Counted from the stretch's first letter, positions 20,547-31,729 are shown. The stretch is DNA of 64,000 bases from an uncultured Acidobacteriota bacterium (GCA_963804995.1 CAWDSK010000002.1:1-64000), one strand, 5' to 3'. The notes: a model not told the origin generated them from the letters alone. Numbers and translations are program-made.

Positions 20547-20926
20547 CACAAACAGCGGGCGCTGGCGGCCGAAAAACGTAAGAACTTCAGCCGCGTCTTG
20601 GCACGGCGCTGTCCTCCCCCAGAGCCTCTCCGTGACTCTGCTCTTCGGGACGCAGAGGACACAGTGAAATGTTTGCCAGGAAAACCGGCCTTCACGGTAG
20701 GGCATGGCAGATCCCCGATCTTGGGGTCTGAGGTTCTTCGAGTGCTTTCTGGACGCATCAGGGCACAATTCTTCCTCATCTCTATTGTGCGCTTAATCGA
20801 CTGGGCTATGTCAATAAGATAAAAGCTCCTTAGGGCTACCGGTAGCCCAAAAATGAAATAGGTCGGACAACTCGCCCGTTTGATGCAGCGCTGACCAGTT
20901 TTTAAAGCCCCTTCCTCTAGCTCCTT

Positions 20927-21115
20927 CTTTGTGTCTTAGTGACTTGGTGGTTCATTTTTGTCGTCGGTGAAAGCGCCTCAGATCCCAGATTTCTTTCCAC
21001 CACCAAGGCACAAAGAAAGCTGAGGGACGGGGTGGTTACAGTGGGGCCTGGTTCAAGGCGGCACGGGATTCTTCGCTTCCAGCTATTCCTTTGTGCCTTG
21101 GTGTCTTGGTGGTGC
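20927..21115. repeat. Solo CAC(C/A)AAG octamer repeats related to the GxxExxY flanks
   Basis: CTTTGTGTCTTAGTGACTTGGTGGTT, CCACCACCAAGGCACAAAG and CTTTGTGCCTTGGTGTCTTGGTGGTG. Confidence 0.6.
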
Positions 21116-21129
21116 AACTTTGCGGTCTT

Positions 21130-21327
21130 CCTCAGCAGATTGCCGCCTGCCTCAACTACGCGCGTGACCTGGCCGAATTTGAGGTCACCGCCTGATGGCG
21201 TTGCGCCTTTTCGCCGATCATTGCGTCTCCAATCTCATTACCGTATTTCGAACTCCATCCACACATGGAACACTATCGGGGAAAATTGATCACCGTCGAT
21301 GCCTCGCGCATCAGGGTGCGCCAGTAA
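21130..21327 (+). pseudogene. Relic DUF433 / DUF5615 (PIN-like) toxin-antitoxin pair
   Basis: PQQIAACLNYARDLAEFEVTA* overlaps (TGATG, 21193-97) with MALRLFADHCVSNLI, followed out of frame by YFELHPHMEHYRGKLITVDASRIRVRQ*. Confidence 0.6.
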
Positions 21328-21779
21328 ACCAAAGGCAAAGGTATTGAATGGGCAGGAGGGCCGGCGGGTGGCGCCCCGATGCATCGGGGCGTCCCACGAA
21401 CACGGGCAACATCTCTGCCACCGCGTCCTGCCAGTGGCCGGTTCTGGCTTCTTAACGGTCGCCGACATAAAATGCAATTTCAGCGCCACCCCCCGCAAAG
21501 GAAAGCACGCACGTAACCCACTGTCATCCTGAGGCCCGGTTCTTTCGGACCGAAGGACCTCGGCAGTTTATCGCAGCGCACTGGGAAGAGCGAACTACAG
21601 GGGTCCTTCGCCCAAATTACGGGCTCAGGATGACAGTGGGAGTGGTGCTGCTCAAAATGAAGGTAGGCAGGCACGGTCGGTGCAACCGTGGGTGGCGCCC
21701 CGATGCATCGGGGCGCCCCACGGACATGGGCAACATCTCTGTCACCGCGTCCTATCCGTGGCCGGTTCTGGCTTCTTAA

Positions 21780-23794
21780 CCTGCCTTTCGCACTTCCACC
21801 CGCTACCGGGCTGATTTTGGCAGCTTGCGGTGCACAAGGTCTTTGCCTTCAATGGGCGCGGGTTGAAGAGTGCTTGTAGGCCCGACCTACCCTCTTTTCT
21901 GGGGCGCGAAGGTCTGGCATTCTGGGGCGTGCACCTGAAGATTCATCGACGCAAAAAGGACGGCAAGGAACATCGTTATTTCAGCATCGTCGAGAGTCGG
22001 CGCGTGTCGCGCTCGAAGGTCGTGCATCGGACGGTGCTGTATCTGGGCGAAATCAACGACAGCCAACAATCCGCGTGGCGCAAGACGCTGGAGGTTTTTG
22101 ACGAGGACCGTCGCGTCCTCGCGTCCCTGAGCCTCTTCCCGGAGGACCGCGAACTTCCTGCGGATGCTGTGGACGGCGTACAAGTGAAGTTGAGTGAAAT
22201 GCGCGTTGAGCGGCCGCGCACCTTCGGTGGCTGTTGGTTGGGCTGCGAGCTGTGGCGCCAGTTGAAGCTGGACGAGTTCTGGCAGGCGAGGTTGCCGGAA
22301 GGGCGCGAGGGAGTTCCGTGGGAGAAGGTGCTACGGCTGCTGGTGGTGAACCGGTTGATCGAGCCGGGCAGCGAATTCCGTGTGCATCGGCACTGGTTCG
22401 ATCAGACCGCCATGGCCGAGTTGCTGGCAGTGAACTTCGCGGTGGCCGAGAAGGACCGGCTCTATCGTTGTCTGGATCGAATACTGGCGCACAAGGCGGA
22501 GTTGTTCCAGCACCTGCGGCTGCGGTGGCAAGACCTCTTTGCGGCGCGCTTTGATCTGCTCCTCTACGATCTCACCAGCACCTATGTGGAAGGAGAGGCG
22601 GAAGCGATTCCCAAAGCCCGCCACGGTTACAGCCGGGACGGGCGGTTCGACTGTCGGCAGGTGGTGATCGCCCTGGTGCTGACGCCGGAAGGTTTCCCGC
22701 TGGCCTACGAAGTGATGGAGGGGAATACTTCCGACCGGAACAGCTTGCGCGGTTTTCTGGACAAGATCGAGAGCGTGTACGGCAAGGCACGGCGGGTGTG
22801 GATGATGGATCGGGGAGTTCCCAGTGAAGAACTGCTGGCGGAGATGCGCACCCCGGGGCGGGAGATGTTTTACCTGGTGGGGACGCCACGGGGCAAGATC
22901 CGGCAGTACGAAGCGAAGTGGACGGAACTGCCGTGGCGGAAGGTGCGCGAGTCGGTAGAGGTGAAACTGTTCGCGGAGGAAGGCGAGTTGTATGTGCTGG
23001 CGAAGAGCGCAGGCCGCCAGGCGAAAGAGATGGCCATCCGTCGACGCAAGCTGGCACGGCTGTTGTGGAGGCTGCGGGCCTTGCGGCGCGTGTGTCCGAC
23101 GCGTGATGCGTTGCTGATGAAGATCGGAGCAGCCAAGAGTGAAGCCGGACGGGCCTTCGGTTTCGTGAAGATCAGCGTGCCCAAGGCCCAGGAAGAAGTG
23201 ACTCGCCAGACCTTCCAGTTCCGGCTCGAGCGCAGCAAGTTGGAGGAAGCGGAGCGGCGCGATGGACATTATCTGTTGCGCACCAATCTGACGGGGGAAA
23301 ATCCCGAGGTGTTGTGGGACCGCTACATGCAACTGGCGCAGATCGAAGCGGCCTTTAAGTGTTTGAAGAGTGAGCTGGGAATTCGGCCGATTTATCATCA
23401 AATAGAACATCGCGTCGAGGCCCACATCCTCATTGCCTTTCTGGCGTACGGCTTGTGGGTGACGCTGAAACAGCGTCTGCAGGCCCACGCTCCGGGCCTG
23501 ACGCCGAAAGCGGTGCTGGAGAAGCTGGCGGGCATGCAGATGCTCGATGTGTCTTTCCCGACCACGGATGGGCGCCGATTAGTGATGCCCCGCTACACCG
23601 AGCCGACACCCGAACAAAAGCTCCTGTTGCACGAACTGCAGCTCGTGCTCCCCACTCAGCCACCGCCCAGGATCACGGTCCAGCCGGAAATCTTTCCTGC
23701 TGGAATGCTGCGTTTGTAGGCCAGACCTTGGCAATGCCTGTACTGAAAAGAAGCGAGTTAACCCAACTCAACACCCTGAAGTGCGAAAGTTCGG
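21780..23794 (+). mobile_element. IS1634-family insertion sequence, 2015 bp
   Basis: IRs CCTGCCTTTCGCACTTC / GAAGTGCGAAAGTTCGG; TTAA duplication (21776-79, 23795-98). Confidence 0.9.
21929..23719 (+). CDS. IS1634-family DDE transposase
   Basis: LLYDLTSTYVEG, HGYSRDGRFDCRQVV, MMDRG and IEAAFKCLKSELGIRPIYHQ motifs. Confidence 0.93.
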   Translation: MHLKIHRRKKDGKEHRYFSIVESRRVSRSKVVHRTVLYLGEINDSQQSAWRKTLEVFDEDRRVLASLSLFPEDRELPADAVDGVQVKLSEMRVERPRTFGGCWLGCELWRQLKLDEFWQARLPEGREGVPWEKVLRLLVVNRLIEPGSEFRVHRHWFDQTAMAELLAVNFAVAEKDRLYRCLDRILAHKAELFQHLRLRWQDLFAARFDLLLYDLTSTYVEGEAEAIPKARHGYSRDGRFDCRQVVIALVLTPEGFPLAYEVMEGNTSDRNSLRGFLDKIESVYGKARRVWMMDRGVPSEELLAEMRTPGREMFYLVGTPRGKIRQYEAKWTELPWRKVRESVEVKLFAEEGELYVLAKSAGRQAKEMAIRRRKLARLLWRLRALRRVCPTRDALLMKIGAAKSEAGRAFGFVKISVPKAQEEVTRQTFQFRLERSKLEEAERRDGHYLLRTNLTGENPEVLWDRYMQLAQIEAAFKCLKSELGIRPIYHQIEHRVEAHILIAFLAYGLWVTLKQRLQAHAPGLTPKAVLEKLAGMQMLDVSFPTTDGRRLVMPRYTEPTPEQKLLLHELQLVLPTQPPPRITVQPEIFPAGMLRL

Positions 23795-24475
23795 TTAACG
23801 GCCCCGCAACACGGGGTGTCAGCGCCACCCCCCGAAAAGGAAAGCTCGCAGGTAACCCACTGTCATCCTGAGGCCCGGTTCTTTCGGGCCGAAGGACCTC
23901 GGCAGTTTATCGCGGCGCACTGGGAAGAGCGAACTACAGGGGTCCTTCGCCCCAAGTACGGGCTCAGGATGACAGGGGGAGTGGTGCCGCTCAAAATGAA
24001 GGTAGGCAGGCACGGTCGGTGCAATCGTGGGTGGCGCCCCGAGGCATCAGGGCGCCCCACGGACCCGGGCAACCTCTCTGCCACCGCGTCCAATCTGTTG
24101 CCGGTCCTGGCTTCTTAACGGTCGCCGACATAAAATGCAATCTCAGCGCCACCCCCCGAAAAGGAAAGCACGCACGTAACCCACTGTCATCCTGAGGCCC
24201 GGTTCTTTCGGGCCGAAGGACCTCGGCAGTTTATCGCGGCGCACCGGGAAGAGCGAACTACAGGGGTCCTTCGCCCAAATTACGGGCTCAGGATGACAGG
24301 GGGAGTGGTGCTGCTCAAAATGAATGTAGGCAGGCACGGTCGGTGCAATCGTGGGTGGCGCCCCGATGCATCGGGGCGCCCCACGAACCCGGGCAACATT
24401 CCTGTCACCGCGTCCTGCCGGTGGCCTGTTCTGGCTTCCTAACGGCCCTGCAAGGCGGGGTGCCGGCGCCACCCA

Positions 24476-25202
24476 CTACTGCGTAACCTGGAAGCTGAAC
24501 ACCGCGTCCGTGCCGATCTTGCTTCCGGCGGGCGGCGACTGGGTAAGGATGATCCCCTTCGTCACTCCGTCGGTCGTGACCGGGGTCACTGACCCGACTT
24601 TGAAGCCGTTCTTCTCCAGGACGCGACGGGCTTCGGTAAGAGGCTGGCCAATAAAGCGGGGGCAAAGGAAGGCGGGGGGCAAGTCGCCCCCGGAGAATGA
24701 GGAGGTTGACTGCCGGTGTGCGCATCTCGGCCGTAGCGGGGGGCGGATCCTGCGCCACCACCTGGTCGGGATCACTCGTCCAGGGAACCACGGCCACATC
24801 GCCCACAGTCAATCCACGCTGGATGGCGGTGATCCTGGCTGCGCGCACGCTTGCGCCCACCAGGTTCGGCACGGTCACTCGGGGAGGACCCAAACTGATC
24901 AGCACATGCACGTGCTGCCCCATCTTCAATCGCGTGCCGGGGGGCGGCATTTGCTGGGCGATCGTATTGGCCGGGTACTGCGTGCTGTAGAGCTTGTCTT
25001 CGACTTTGAGTTCGAGGCCCAGGCCGGAGACCGTGCGTTGCGCTGACTCGAACGAAGTTCCCACCAGGTTCGGCATGCTCTCCTGGCGCCCATGGATCGT
25101 AAGGCGGATCGTGGTGATGGCACTGACCAGCGCCACAGCCAACAACACTGTGAACAACAGGAACAGCCGGAAGAAACTTTGCAGGCGATCGCTTACACTC
25201 AT
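24476..25202 (-). CDS. Membrane-anchored PASTA-domain protein; frameshift near 24697
   Basis: N-terminal TM and three PASTA repeats (MPNLVG, VPNLVG, CPRFIG; QxPPxG motifs) split across two ORFs. Confidence 0.85.
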
Positions 25203-25336
25203 ACCCAGCCAAATTTTACCACTAACCAGGGCGCGACGTGCGCCGCAGAATCGGGTGCAATTTCATTGCTTACGTCGAGGGCCTTCTGCGCTATATTCTT
25301 CACGCGTTAAAAAATACAGTAGACGGAGCTACGATT

Positions 25337-26298
25337 ATGTCCAACCTTGCTCAACGTGACTTTTTGAAGAATCTTGGAGCGCTCTCGGCGGCCTCGCTCA
25401 CACCCGGCTGGGCACGTGGTGCGACGGATACCGCAGCGCTAGCCCGGCAGTTCAAACTGGGCGCCATCTCCGACGGCTTTTCCATGGATTTCGAAGAAGC
25501 CCTGAAGCTCATGAAGGGCTATGGGCTGAAGACTGGGTCGAGATCCGCAACATCTGGGGCGTCTACAATACGGAGGCTAGCCCGGAGCAGATCCAGAAAG
25601 TTAAAGACCTGACGAAGAAATATGGCTTCCGGGTTTCGGTGGTCGATACGCCGCTTTTCAAATGCACCCTGCCCGGCACAACACCCCCGGCCAAGACCAA
25701 GGATGTGTTTCCTTACTCCAGCCAGATGGACTTGCTGAAACGCGCCGCTGAGCGTGCTCACGCCTGGGGCACGGACAAGTTGCGCGGCTTTGCCTTCTAC
25801 CGTGTCGAGGACCCTGCCCAGGTTGTGGGGCGCGCCGCGGAGGAATTGGACAAGGCCGGCGAAGTGGCAAAAAGTTTGGGTGTCCGTATCCTGATCGAGG
25901 ACGAACCGACCACTAATGTTGCCACGGGACACGAATCCGCACGGTTGCTGGCCGCAGTTAAGGCTTCGAACGTGGGCGCGAATTGGGATTGTGGCAACGG
26001 TTGCTGGTGGCGTGAGGCGCCTTATCCCGACGGTTATAACGCCCTGCCCAAGAACCGCATCTGGCACCTGCACGTGAAAGGCGTGGCCTGCGAGGCGGGG
26101 CTAACCAAGTGCCACGAAGCTTTTGCCGACGAGGGCGTTATCGACCTGGTGGGCCAGCTCCGTGCCCTGCGGCACGACCATTACACCGGAACCATGTCGC
26201 TGGAATGCGAGTCCTCGGCCCCTGGCATGACGCACCAGCAAACCACCCAGCGCTCCATGGAAGGCGTGCTCAAAGTGCTGGCCAAGGCAGTGGCGTAG
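25337..26298 (+). CDS. Xylose-isomerase-like TIM-barrel protein with Tat-like leader; frameshift near 25531
   Basis: QRDFLK leader, LGAISDG, WVEIRNIWG, IEDE, NWDCGN, HLHVK and SLECE. Confidence 0.8.
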
Positions 26299-26462
26299 GC
26301 GCAGGCGCGGTGGGTGCGAGTCCTGGCGAGGCCGGGAGAGCATGCCTGGAGTATCTTGACAATCCAGCGCCAAGTCAGGGGGGAAATAAGAATCGCGGGA
26401 TTGCGGCTCTGCCCTTTCGCCCTTGGCTTTTTGATTTTGAACCCGGAGGCGGCCCGCCCGCT

Positions 26463-27521
26463 TCAGCCCAGTATGCCTTGACCGGCGAGGGCGATGTTGT
26501 CGCGGGTGGTGTTTTTGACGAGGTACATAGCCTCATCAGCTTTGCGCAGGAGTTCCTTGCGGGTGCGCCCATCCACGGGGAAGGAGGCGACGCCAAAGCT
26601 GGCGGTGACCTTGATGTTCATCTTCTCTTCCTTGAAAAAGACGCGGTTGGTCAGGAGCTCGCGGATACGGCGGACAACCATCAAGGCGTTTTCCTTGGAA
26701 GTCTGCGGAAGCAGAACGACAAACTCATCCCCCCCGTAACGGAAGGCGTAATCGATCATGCGCAGGTGGGCCTTGATGATGTCGCCGATCATCCACAAAA
26801 GCTTGGAGCCCACCAAGTGGCCGTGCACATCGTTGACCAACTTGAAGTGATCGAGATCGATGAAGATGACGGAGAACTCATAGCCGTAGCGATTGGACCG
26901 ATAGATTTCCGTATCCAGGACGAAGTTGAGATGGCGGGCGTTGTAAAGCGCCGTGCAATCGTCTGTGATAGTCAGCTCGTGGATCCGTTGCACGTAACGG
27001 GCGTTTTCGAGTGCGATGGCGGCATAATCCGCGAGGCTCTTGAGAATAGGAATGTCTTCCACACCGAAACGGGGCTTGCCCAGGGCGTTGACGAGCTCAA
27101 TGACCCCTAACACATGATCATGCGCCTTGATGGGTACGCAGACGATCGAGCGGGTCTCCGTGTGGGTCAGCTCATCCACCTTGGGTGTGAAACGCGAGTC
27201 GTTGCGAGTGTCCTCAACCAGAAGGGGTTCGCCGTGCTGTGCCACCCATCCCGCCACGCCCTCGCCGAGTTTCAGCCGCACGTCGCGAAGCTTTTCAGCG
27301 CCACTGCCGATGGCGATTTCAAAGTAGAGTTCCTGCGTCTTCTCGTCCAGCATGAGAAGGGACCAGGTATCAGGCTGGAGAAGGTCGCTGATCTTCTCCA
27401 TGATGGTCTGGAGGATCTTCTGCAAGTCGAGCGTCGAGAATAGCGCCTTCCCCACCTCGTGAAAGAGGGCGAGGCGCTCAACCTGACGTTTCAGTTCAGC
27501 TACTTCCTCTTCAGGACCCAT
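26463..27521 (-). CDS. GAF-GGDEF diguanylate cyclase
   Basis: GAF domain, DLDHFKLVNDVHGH, RYGGDEF active site and RMID I-site. Confidence 0.93.
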   Translation of the reverse strand: MGPEEEVAELKRQVERLALFHEVGKALFSTLDLQKILQTIMEKISDLLQPDTWSLLMLDEKTQELYFEIAIGSGAEKLRDVRLKLGEGVAGWVAQHGEPLLVEDTRNDSRFTPKVDELTHTETRSIVCVPIKAHDHVLGVIELVNALGKPRFGVEDIPILKSLADYAAIALENARYVQRIHELTITDDCTALYNARHLNFVLDTEIYRSNRYGYEFSVIFIDLDHFKLVNDVHGHLVGSKLLWMIGDIIKAHLRMIDYAFRYGGDEFVVLLPQTSKENALMVVRRIRELLTNRVFFKEEKMNIKVTASFGVASFPVDGRTRKELLRKADEAMYLVKNTTRDNIALAGQGILG

Positions 27522-27730
27522 CGTGTTTCCAGGCCAACCCCAACTCAAAGGCAGTATAAACCTTTTAAACCATCGCGTGCGCCTTTTCAACCCCTTTGTC
27601 AGAGGAAGGCACCCGAGGGGCTGGCCGGAACGCCCCCGGGGGTCCACCTCGTTAAAGCATTTGACACCCTTGTGCATAGGAAAATAAGATACACGAGGCT
27701 TGCTCTGTGAGGAGCGAACAAGCCCCACCT

Positions 27731-28648
27731 ATGCCCGCCTTTGGGGAGAATCTTCGGCGCGAGAGAGAAATGCGTGGCGTGAGTCTGGAAGAGATTGCTT
27801 CCGCCACCAAGATCAGCCTGCGTTTTCTCCAGGCGATCGAAGGTGAGAATTTCTCCAAGCTGCCCGGCGGGATCTTCGGACGCAGCTTCATCCGCAGCTA
27901 TGCCCGCTACTTGGGCCTGGACGAAGAACGGGTCATGGCCGAATACCAGCTTGCCGCGCAGCCCAAAACTGACCTGGACTTGCATCGGATGCCGGCCAAC
28001 AACCCTGCCCAACCGCGCAAAGAAGCGCGGACGCCCTTGGTGGCAACGCTGGTAGCGGCAATCCTGCTCGCCGGGGGCTACGCACTCTTCCGTTATTCAC
28101 GGCGCGCGGTGGAAGCCCCGGCGCCACCTGCACCCACTCAGGCCGTGACACCCACACCGCCCGCTCCTCCCACGCAACCCGCCACTTCTCCTGACGTCAA
28201 CTCCTTGACCGTAGGTACTAATCCCACAGGGGCGGGTGTTGCGCCAGGCACAACTCCAGGCGGCGCCCCGGGTACAACCCCCGGCGCAGCCCCCAATGCT
28301 CCGGCGCAACCCGGCGCGGTAGTAGGCCCTGCAACGCAGTCCACCGCCCAGCCTGTGTTGCCAACCGGCACGAAATATGCCCAGGAGGCCGGCTTGGTGC
28401 TGCAAGTAGCCGCGACGGAGCGCGCCTGGGTGGCCGTGGAAGCCGACGGGAAAACGGTGTTGCAGCGTTCCCTGAATCCCAACGAAGTGCAAACTGTGAA
28501 GGCACGTGAATCCTTTGACGTGACGACGGGTAATGCCCAAGGCGTCATTCTGACCTTGAACGGTGAAACCCTGAAGCCTCTGGGCCGCCGCGGCGAAGTC
28601 AAGGCCATTCACATCACCCGCGACAACCTGAAGACTCCATCCCCCTGA
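27731..28648 (+). CDS. RodZ-like protein (HTH + TM + DUF4115)
   Basis: FGENLRREREMRGVSLEEIA..FIRSYARYLGL, TM helix, Pro-rich linker and WVAVEADG..TGNAQG. Confidence 0.85.
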   Translation: MPAFGENLRREREMRGVSLEEIASATKISLRFLQAIEGENFSKLPGGIFGRSFIRSYARYLGLDEERVMAEYQLAAQPKTDLDLHRMPANNPAQPRKEARTPLVATLVAAILLAGGYALFRYSRRAVEAPAPPAPTQAVTPTPPAPPTQPATSPDVNSLTVGTNPTGAGVAPGTTPGGAPGTTPGAAPNAPAQPGAVVGPATQSTAQPVLPTGTKYAQEAGLVLQVAATERAWVAVEADGKTVLQRSLNPNEVQTVKARESFDVTTGNAQGVILTLNGETLKPLGRRGEVKAIHITRDNLKTPSP

Positions 28649-28669
28649 GGTCCAACCATTCCCGAGCGC

Positions 28670-29602
28670 ATGGTCGATTTAATCCGGTCCGGCAAGGCGC
28701 CCGAGGTGATTCGGCGCAGAGGCGCGGAGGGAAGCCTGCCCTTGCCAGTGGAAGATAAAATCGAGATTCTGGCATTGCTCATCCACGCCCCGGAAGAGGA
28801 TCTGCGCGCGATGGCGCTCCATACGCTCCAGAAATGGGACTTTAACGAAGTCCGCCGGGTCCTGGCCAGTCCCTTGACAGCGCCCGACGTGCTGCGCACC
28901 GCGGCGGAGCACCTGGTGGCGACGTATGAGGGCTTGCGGGAAGTGCTGCTGTGGAACCCCAGCCTACCGGAAGAAACGCGCCTCAAACTTCAGCCCAAAC
29001 CCGCCCCTAAACCCGCCCCGGAAGAGGTGACGGAGGAAATTCTGGCCCGCCTGGTGGCAACGCTACATAAGAGTGACGCGCAGGCGCTTCAGAATGGGCA
29101 AACAGAACTCGAGGTGCCGGAGGAGATCACCAAGCACGACGATGAACTCACGGCGAAAGACCGGGAATACCTGATTGAGAAAGTTGGCCGCATGGACGCC
29201 GTGGAAAAAATCAAAGCTGCGCTGACCGGCAACCTGGAAACGCGCATGCTCCTGATCCGCGACTCAAACAAGATTGTGGCGCGTGCCGTGATGTTATCGC
29301 CGAAGGTTTCGGAGTCGGAAGTAGAAGGCTATGCCGCCGCCAAGAATGTTTCTGAAGACGTGCTGCGCCTGATTGCCATGAACCGGAAGTACATGAAGTC
29401 CTACGTGGTGCTGAGGGCGCTCGTCAATAATCCCCGCGCACCCATCGATGTCTCGTTGCCTCTCCTCAACCGGCTGAACGACCCGGACCTGAAGGGAGTT
29501 GCGGTCAATCGCAATGTGGCCGACGTTATACGGACCATGGCCGCCAAGCTCATAAAACAGAAAGAAGACGCCAACAAGTTTAAACCTCCGAGTAAATACT
29601 AA
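28670..29602 (+). CDS. Conserved hypothetical helical protein
   Basis: Long ORF with VEKIKAALTGNLETRMLLIRDSNKIVA and LVNNPRAP. Confidence 0.75.
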   Translation: MVDLIRSGKAPEVIRRRGAEGSLPLPVEDKIEILALLIHAPEEDLRAMALHTLQKWDFNEVRRVLASPLTAPDVLRTAAEHLVATYEGLREVLLWNPSLPEETRLKLQPKPAPKPAPEEVTEEILARLVATLHKSDAQALQNGQTELEVPEEITKHDDELTAKDREYLIEKVGRMDAVEKIKAALTGNLETRMLLIRDSNKIVARAVMLSPKVSESEVEGYAAAKNVSEDVLRLIAMNRKYMKSYVVLRALVNNPRAPIDVSLPLLNRLNDPDLKGVAVNRNVADVIRTMAAKLIKQKEDANKFKPPSKY

Positions 29603-29825
29603 TTAATTCTATTGGCCCTCACGCCTTCCGGCCGCGCCGTCAAAACCACCGAGTCTCTGCGGCAGATGGTCACGGCCAGCGCCCGAGTGGCTGCGCGCTG
29701 GTGCATTACAAAGCAGCGGGGCCGTCAAGTGGCATGTTATTCTAAAACCTCCCAAAACTCAGAATTGGAATTGGTTAGACGCCCGGGAATGCTAAATACA
29801 GCGAATTCAAATTGAGGAGGTCCTT

Positions 29826-30725
29826 GTGTCAGCGAATCTTTTTCGACGCTCTATGGCAGCGGTGATGTTTGCCTTGATCATGATGTTGGGAGTATCGGCT
29901 TTTGGCCAGGCCCCCACCCCCAAGAAGGTTTTCATCGAAACCGACATGGAAGGCGTGGATGGTATTTTCGACTTCGACCTTCAATGTGTTCCCTGGAAGA
30001 GTCTGCGCTGGGATGAGTCCCGGAAACTGCTCACCGGAGAAATCAACGCCGCCATCGATGGATTGCTGGCGGGTGGAGCAGCAGAGGTGACGGTCTTAGA
30101 TGGGCACACGGGTGGCAGCGGTCTCTCGCTCCTAGACCTCCATCCCAAAGCAAGAATGATCACCGGTTTCCATAACGTGCCTCAGACGCTGGGTCTGGAT
30201 TCCTCTTACAGCGCCTTGATCTTTATCGGGCGGCACGCCATGTCGGGAGCGGATAAGGGAATTCTGGCACACACCGAAATGCCCGATGTGCGAAACGTGT
30301 GGGTCAACGGCATACCCGTAGGCGAATTCGGGTTCCGGGTTTTCCTGGCCGCCGGTTATGGAATTCCCACCATCATGGTTTCAGGCGACACAGCAGCCTG
30401 CAAGGAAGCTGAGACGCTGGTGCCCGGCATCGAGTGCGCGGAAGTGAAGTCCGGGTTCAATGAGACCTCGGGAATCATGCTGTCTCACCAAGCAGCTTGC
30501 GATTTGATTCGCGAAAAGGCCAGACGGGCGATGGAACGCTTGCCGGAGTTCAAGCCCAAACAGCTCTCGGAACCCGTGGAGTTGAAAATACAGCTCGCGC
30601 ACGAACTGGGGGCCACTTACGATCGGACCCTTCTCTCCAAGGGCGCCGAACAGTTGCCCGACTGGACGTTTGTTTTTCGCGGAAAGAATTTCAGGGATGT
30701 TTGGGTGGCTTGGAAAGGCCTTTAG
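29826..30725 (+). CDS. M55-family D-aminopeptidase (DppA-like) with signal peptide
   Basis: ETDMEG, DGH, GRHA, LAHT and VSGD motifs; GAGGAGG RBS. Confidence 0.88.
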   Translation: MSANLFRRSMAAVMFALIMMLGVSAFGQAPTPKKVFIETDMEGVDGIFDFDLQCVPWKSLRWDESRKLLTGEINAAIDGLLAGGAAEVTVLDGHTGGSGLSLLDLHPKARMITGFHNVPQTLGLDSSYSALIFIGRHAMSGADKGILAHTEMPDVRNVWVNGIPVGEFGFRVFLAAGYGIPTIMVSGDTAACKEAETLVPGIECAEVKSGFNETSGIMLSHQAACDLIREKARRAMERLPEFKPKQLSEPVELKIQLAHELGATYDRTLLSKGAEQLPDWTFVFRGKNFRDVWVAWKGL

Positions 30726-30745
30726 CGCAATGCGGACCCCGACGC

Positions 30746-31589
30746 TCACGGCCGCCGCAGGCGCAGGCAGGCAATCTCCGGCGGACAGCCGACGCGGAGC
30801 GGGACAAGAACTTTGCCGATCCCGCGGCCGATATAAATCTGCGTGCCATTCAGGCGGTTCCAGCCCTCCACAAAGCGCTCCCCAAGCTTTGACCGACCGT
30901 AGACTGAGCCGACCACTGGCAGGCGCACCTGACCGCCATGCGTGTGGCCGGAAAGGACCAGATCAATACTGTGCTCAGAGGCTGCCCGAATTCCCAGGGG
31001 GTTGTGACAAAGCAGAATCTTGGGGTCGCGCGCGGGCACGGAGTCAAGCGCCGCGGCGAGGTCGTCAGCCTGCCACCAGAGATCGTCAACACCAACAATC
31101 CAGAGCGGGGAGGAACGGAGGCGCAGCGCGTAGTGGGAATTTCGCAGCACTTCGAATTCTCTGGGCGCGCAGCGCGCGCGTGACCTCATCGGGATCGACT
31201 TGAAAATCATGATTGCCCAGCACGGCGAAAACTCCCAACCGTGCCCGTAGCTTCCCGAGCGCCTGCGCCAATGGCCAAATGTAATCGCGGGAAAATGTAA
31301 CGTAATCACCGGTGAGGGCTACAACGTCGGGCCGCAGGCGGTTGGCAAGATGAACGGCCCGCTGAATTTCTTCCAGCGGTGTAAAGAGGCTGTGATGTAA
31401 GTCGGTGAGGTGGACAATCTTCAAGCCATCATGGCCGGCGCTTAGCCGCCGCAACCAGATGTCGGTTTCCGTGATTTCCGGATCGGGCGCGAAAGGGCGC
31501 GGCACATGCTGGGGTTCGGAACCGCTCAGGGAGAGCGTGATCAAGCCACCACGCCGTAGGAGCCGTTTGCGAGGCGTTCGCCCTGCCAC
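30746..31589 (-). CDS. Calcineurin-like metallophosphoesterase; frameshift near 31155
   Basis: TDLH, TGDY, LGNHD, CHNP and SGHTHGGQ motifs split across two ORFs. Confidence 0.85.
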
Positions 31590-31729
31590 TCAAGTCACCT
31601 CAAGCTTATCGGGTGATCGGGAGATCACGTGATCGGATGAACAAAGCAATCGAGCAACTGAGTGATCCGGCGATACCCCGCATTCTGCGCTTTTCAATGA
31701 CATAATCTCCAAATCAGTCAATGACCCGA

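Larger units (their letters stand above)
21364..24476. repeat. Tandem array of ~322-bp composite repeat units (3 full + 1 partial), interrupted by IS1634
   Basis: Units start at 21364, 21688, 24027 and 24351. All start with a GTGGGTGGCGCCCC-type hairpin; the three full units also contain TGTCATCCTGAG..CTCAGGATGACA. Confidence 0.9.

Noticed and set aside
21364..24476. CRISPR array
   Set aside because: The units are about 322 bp with no unique spacers, and there are no cas genes.
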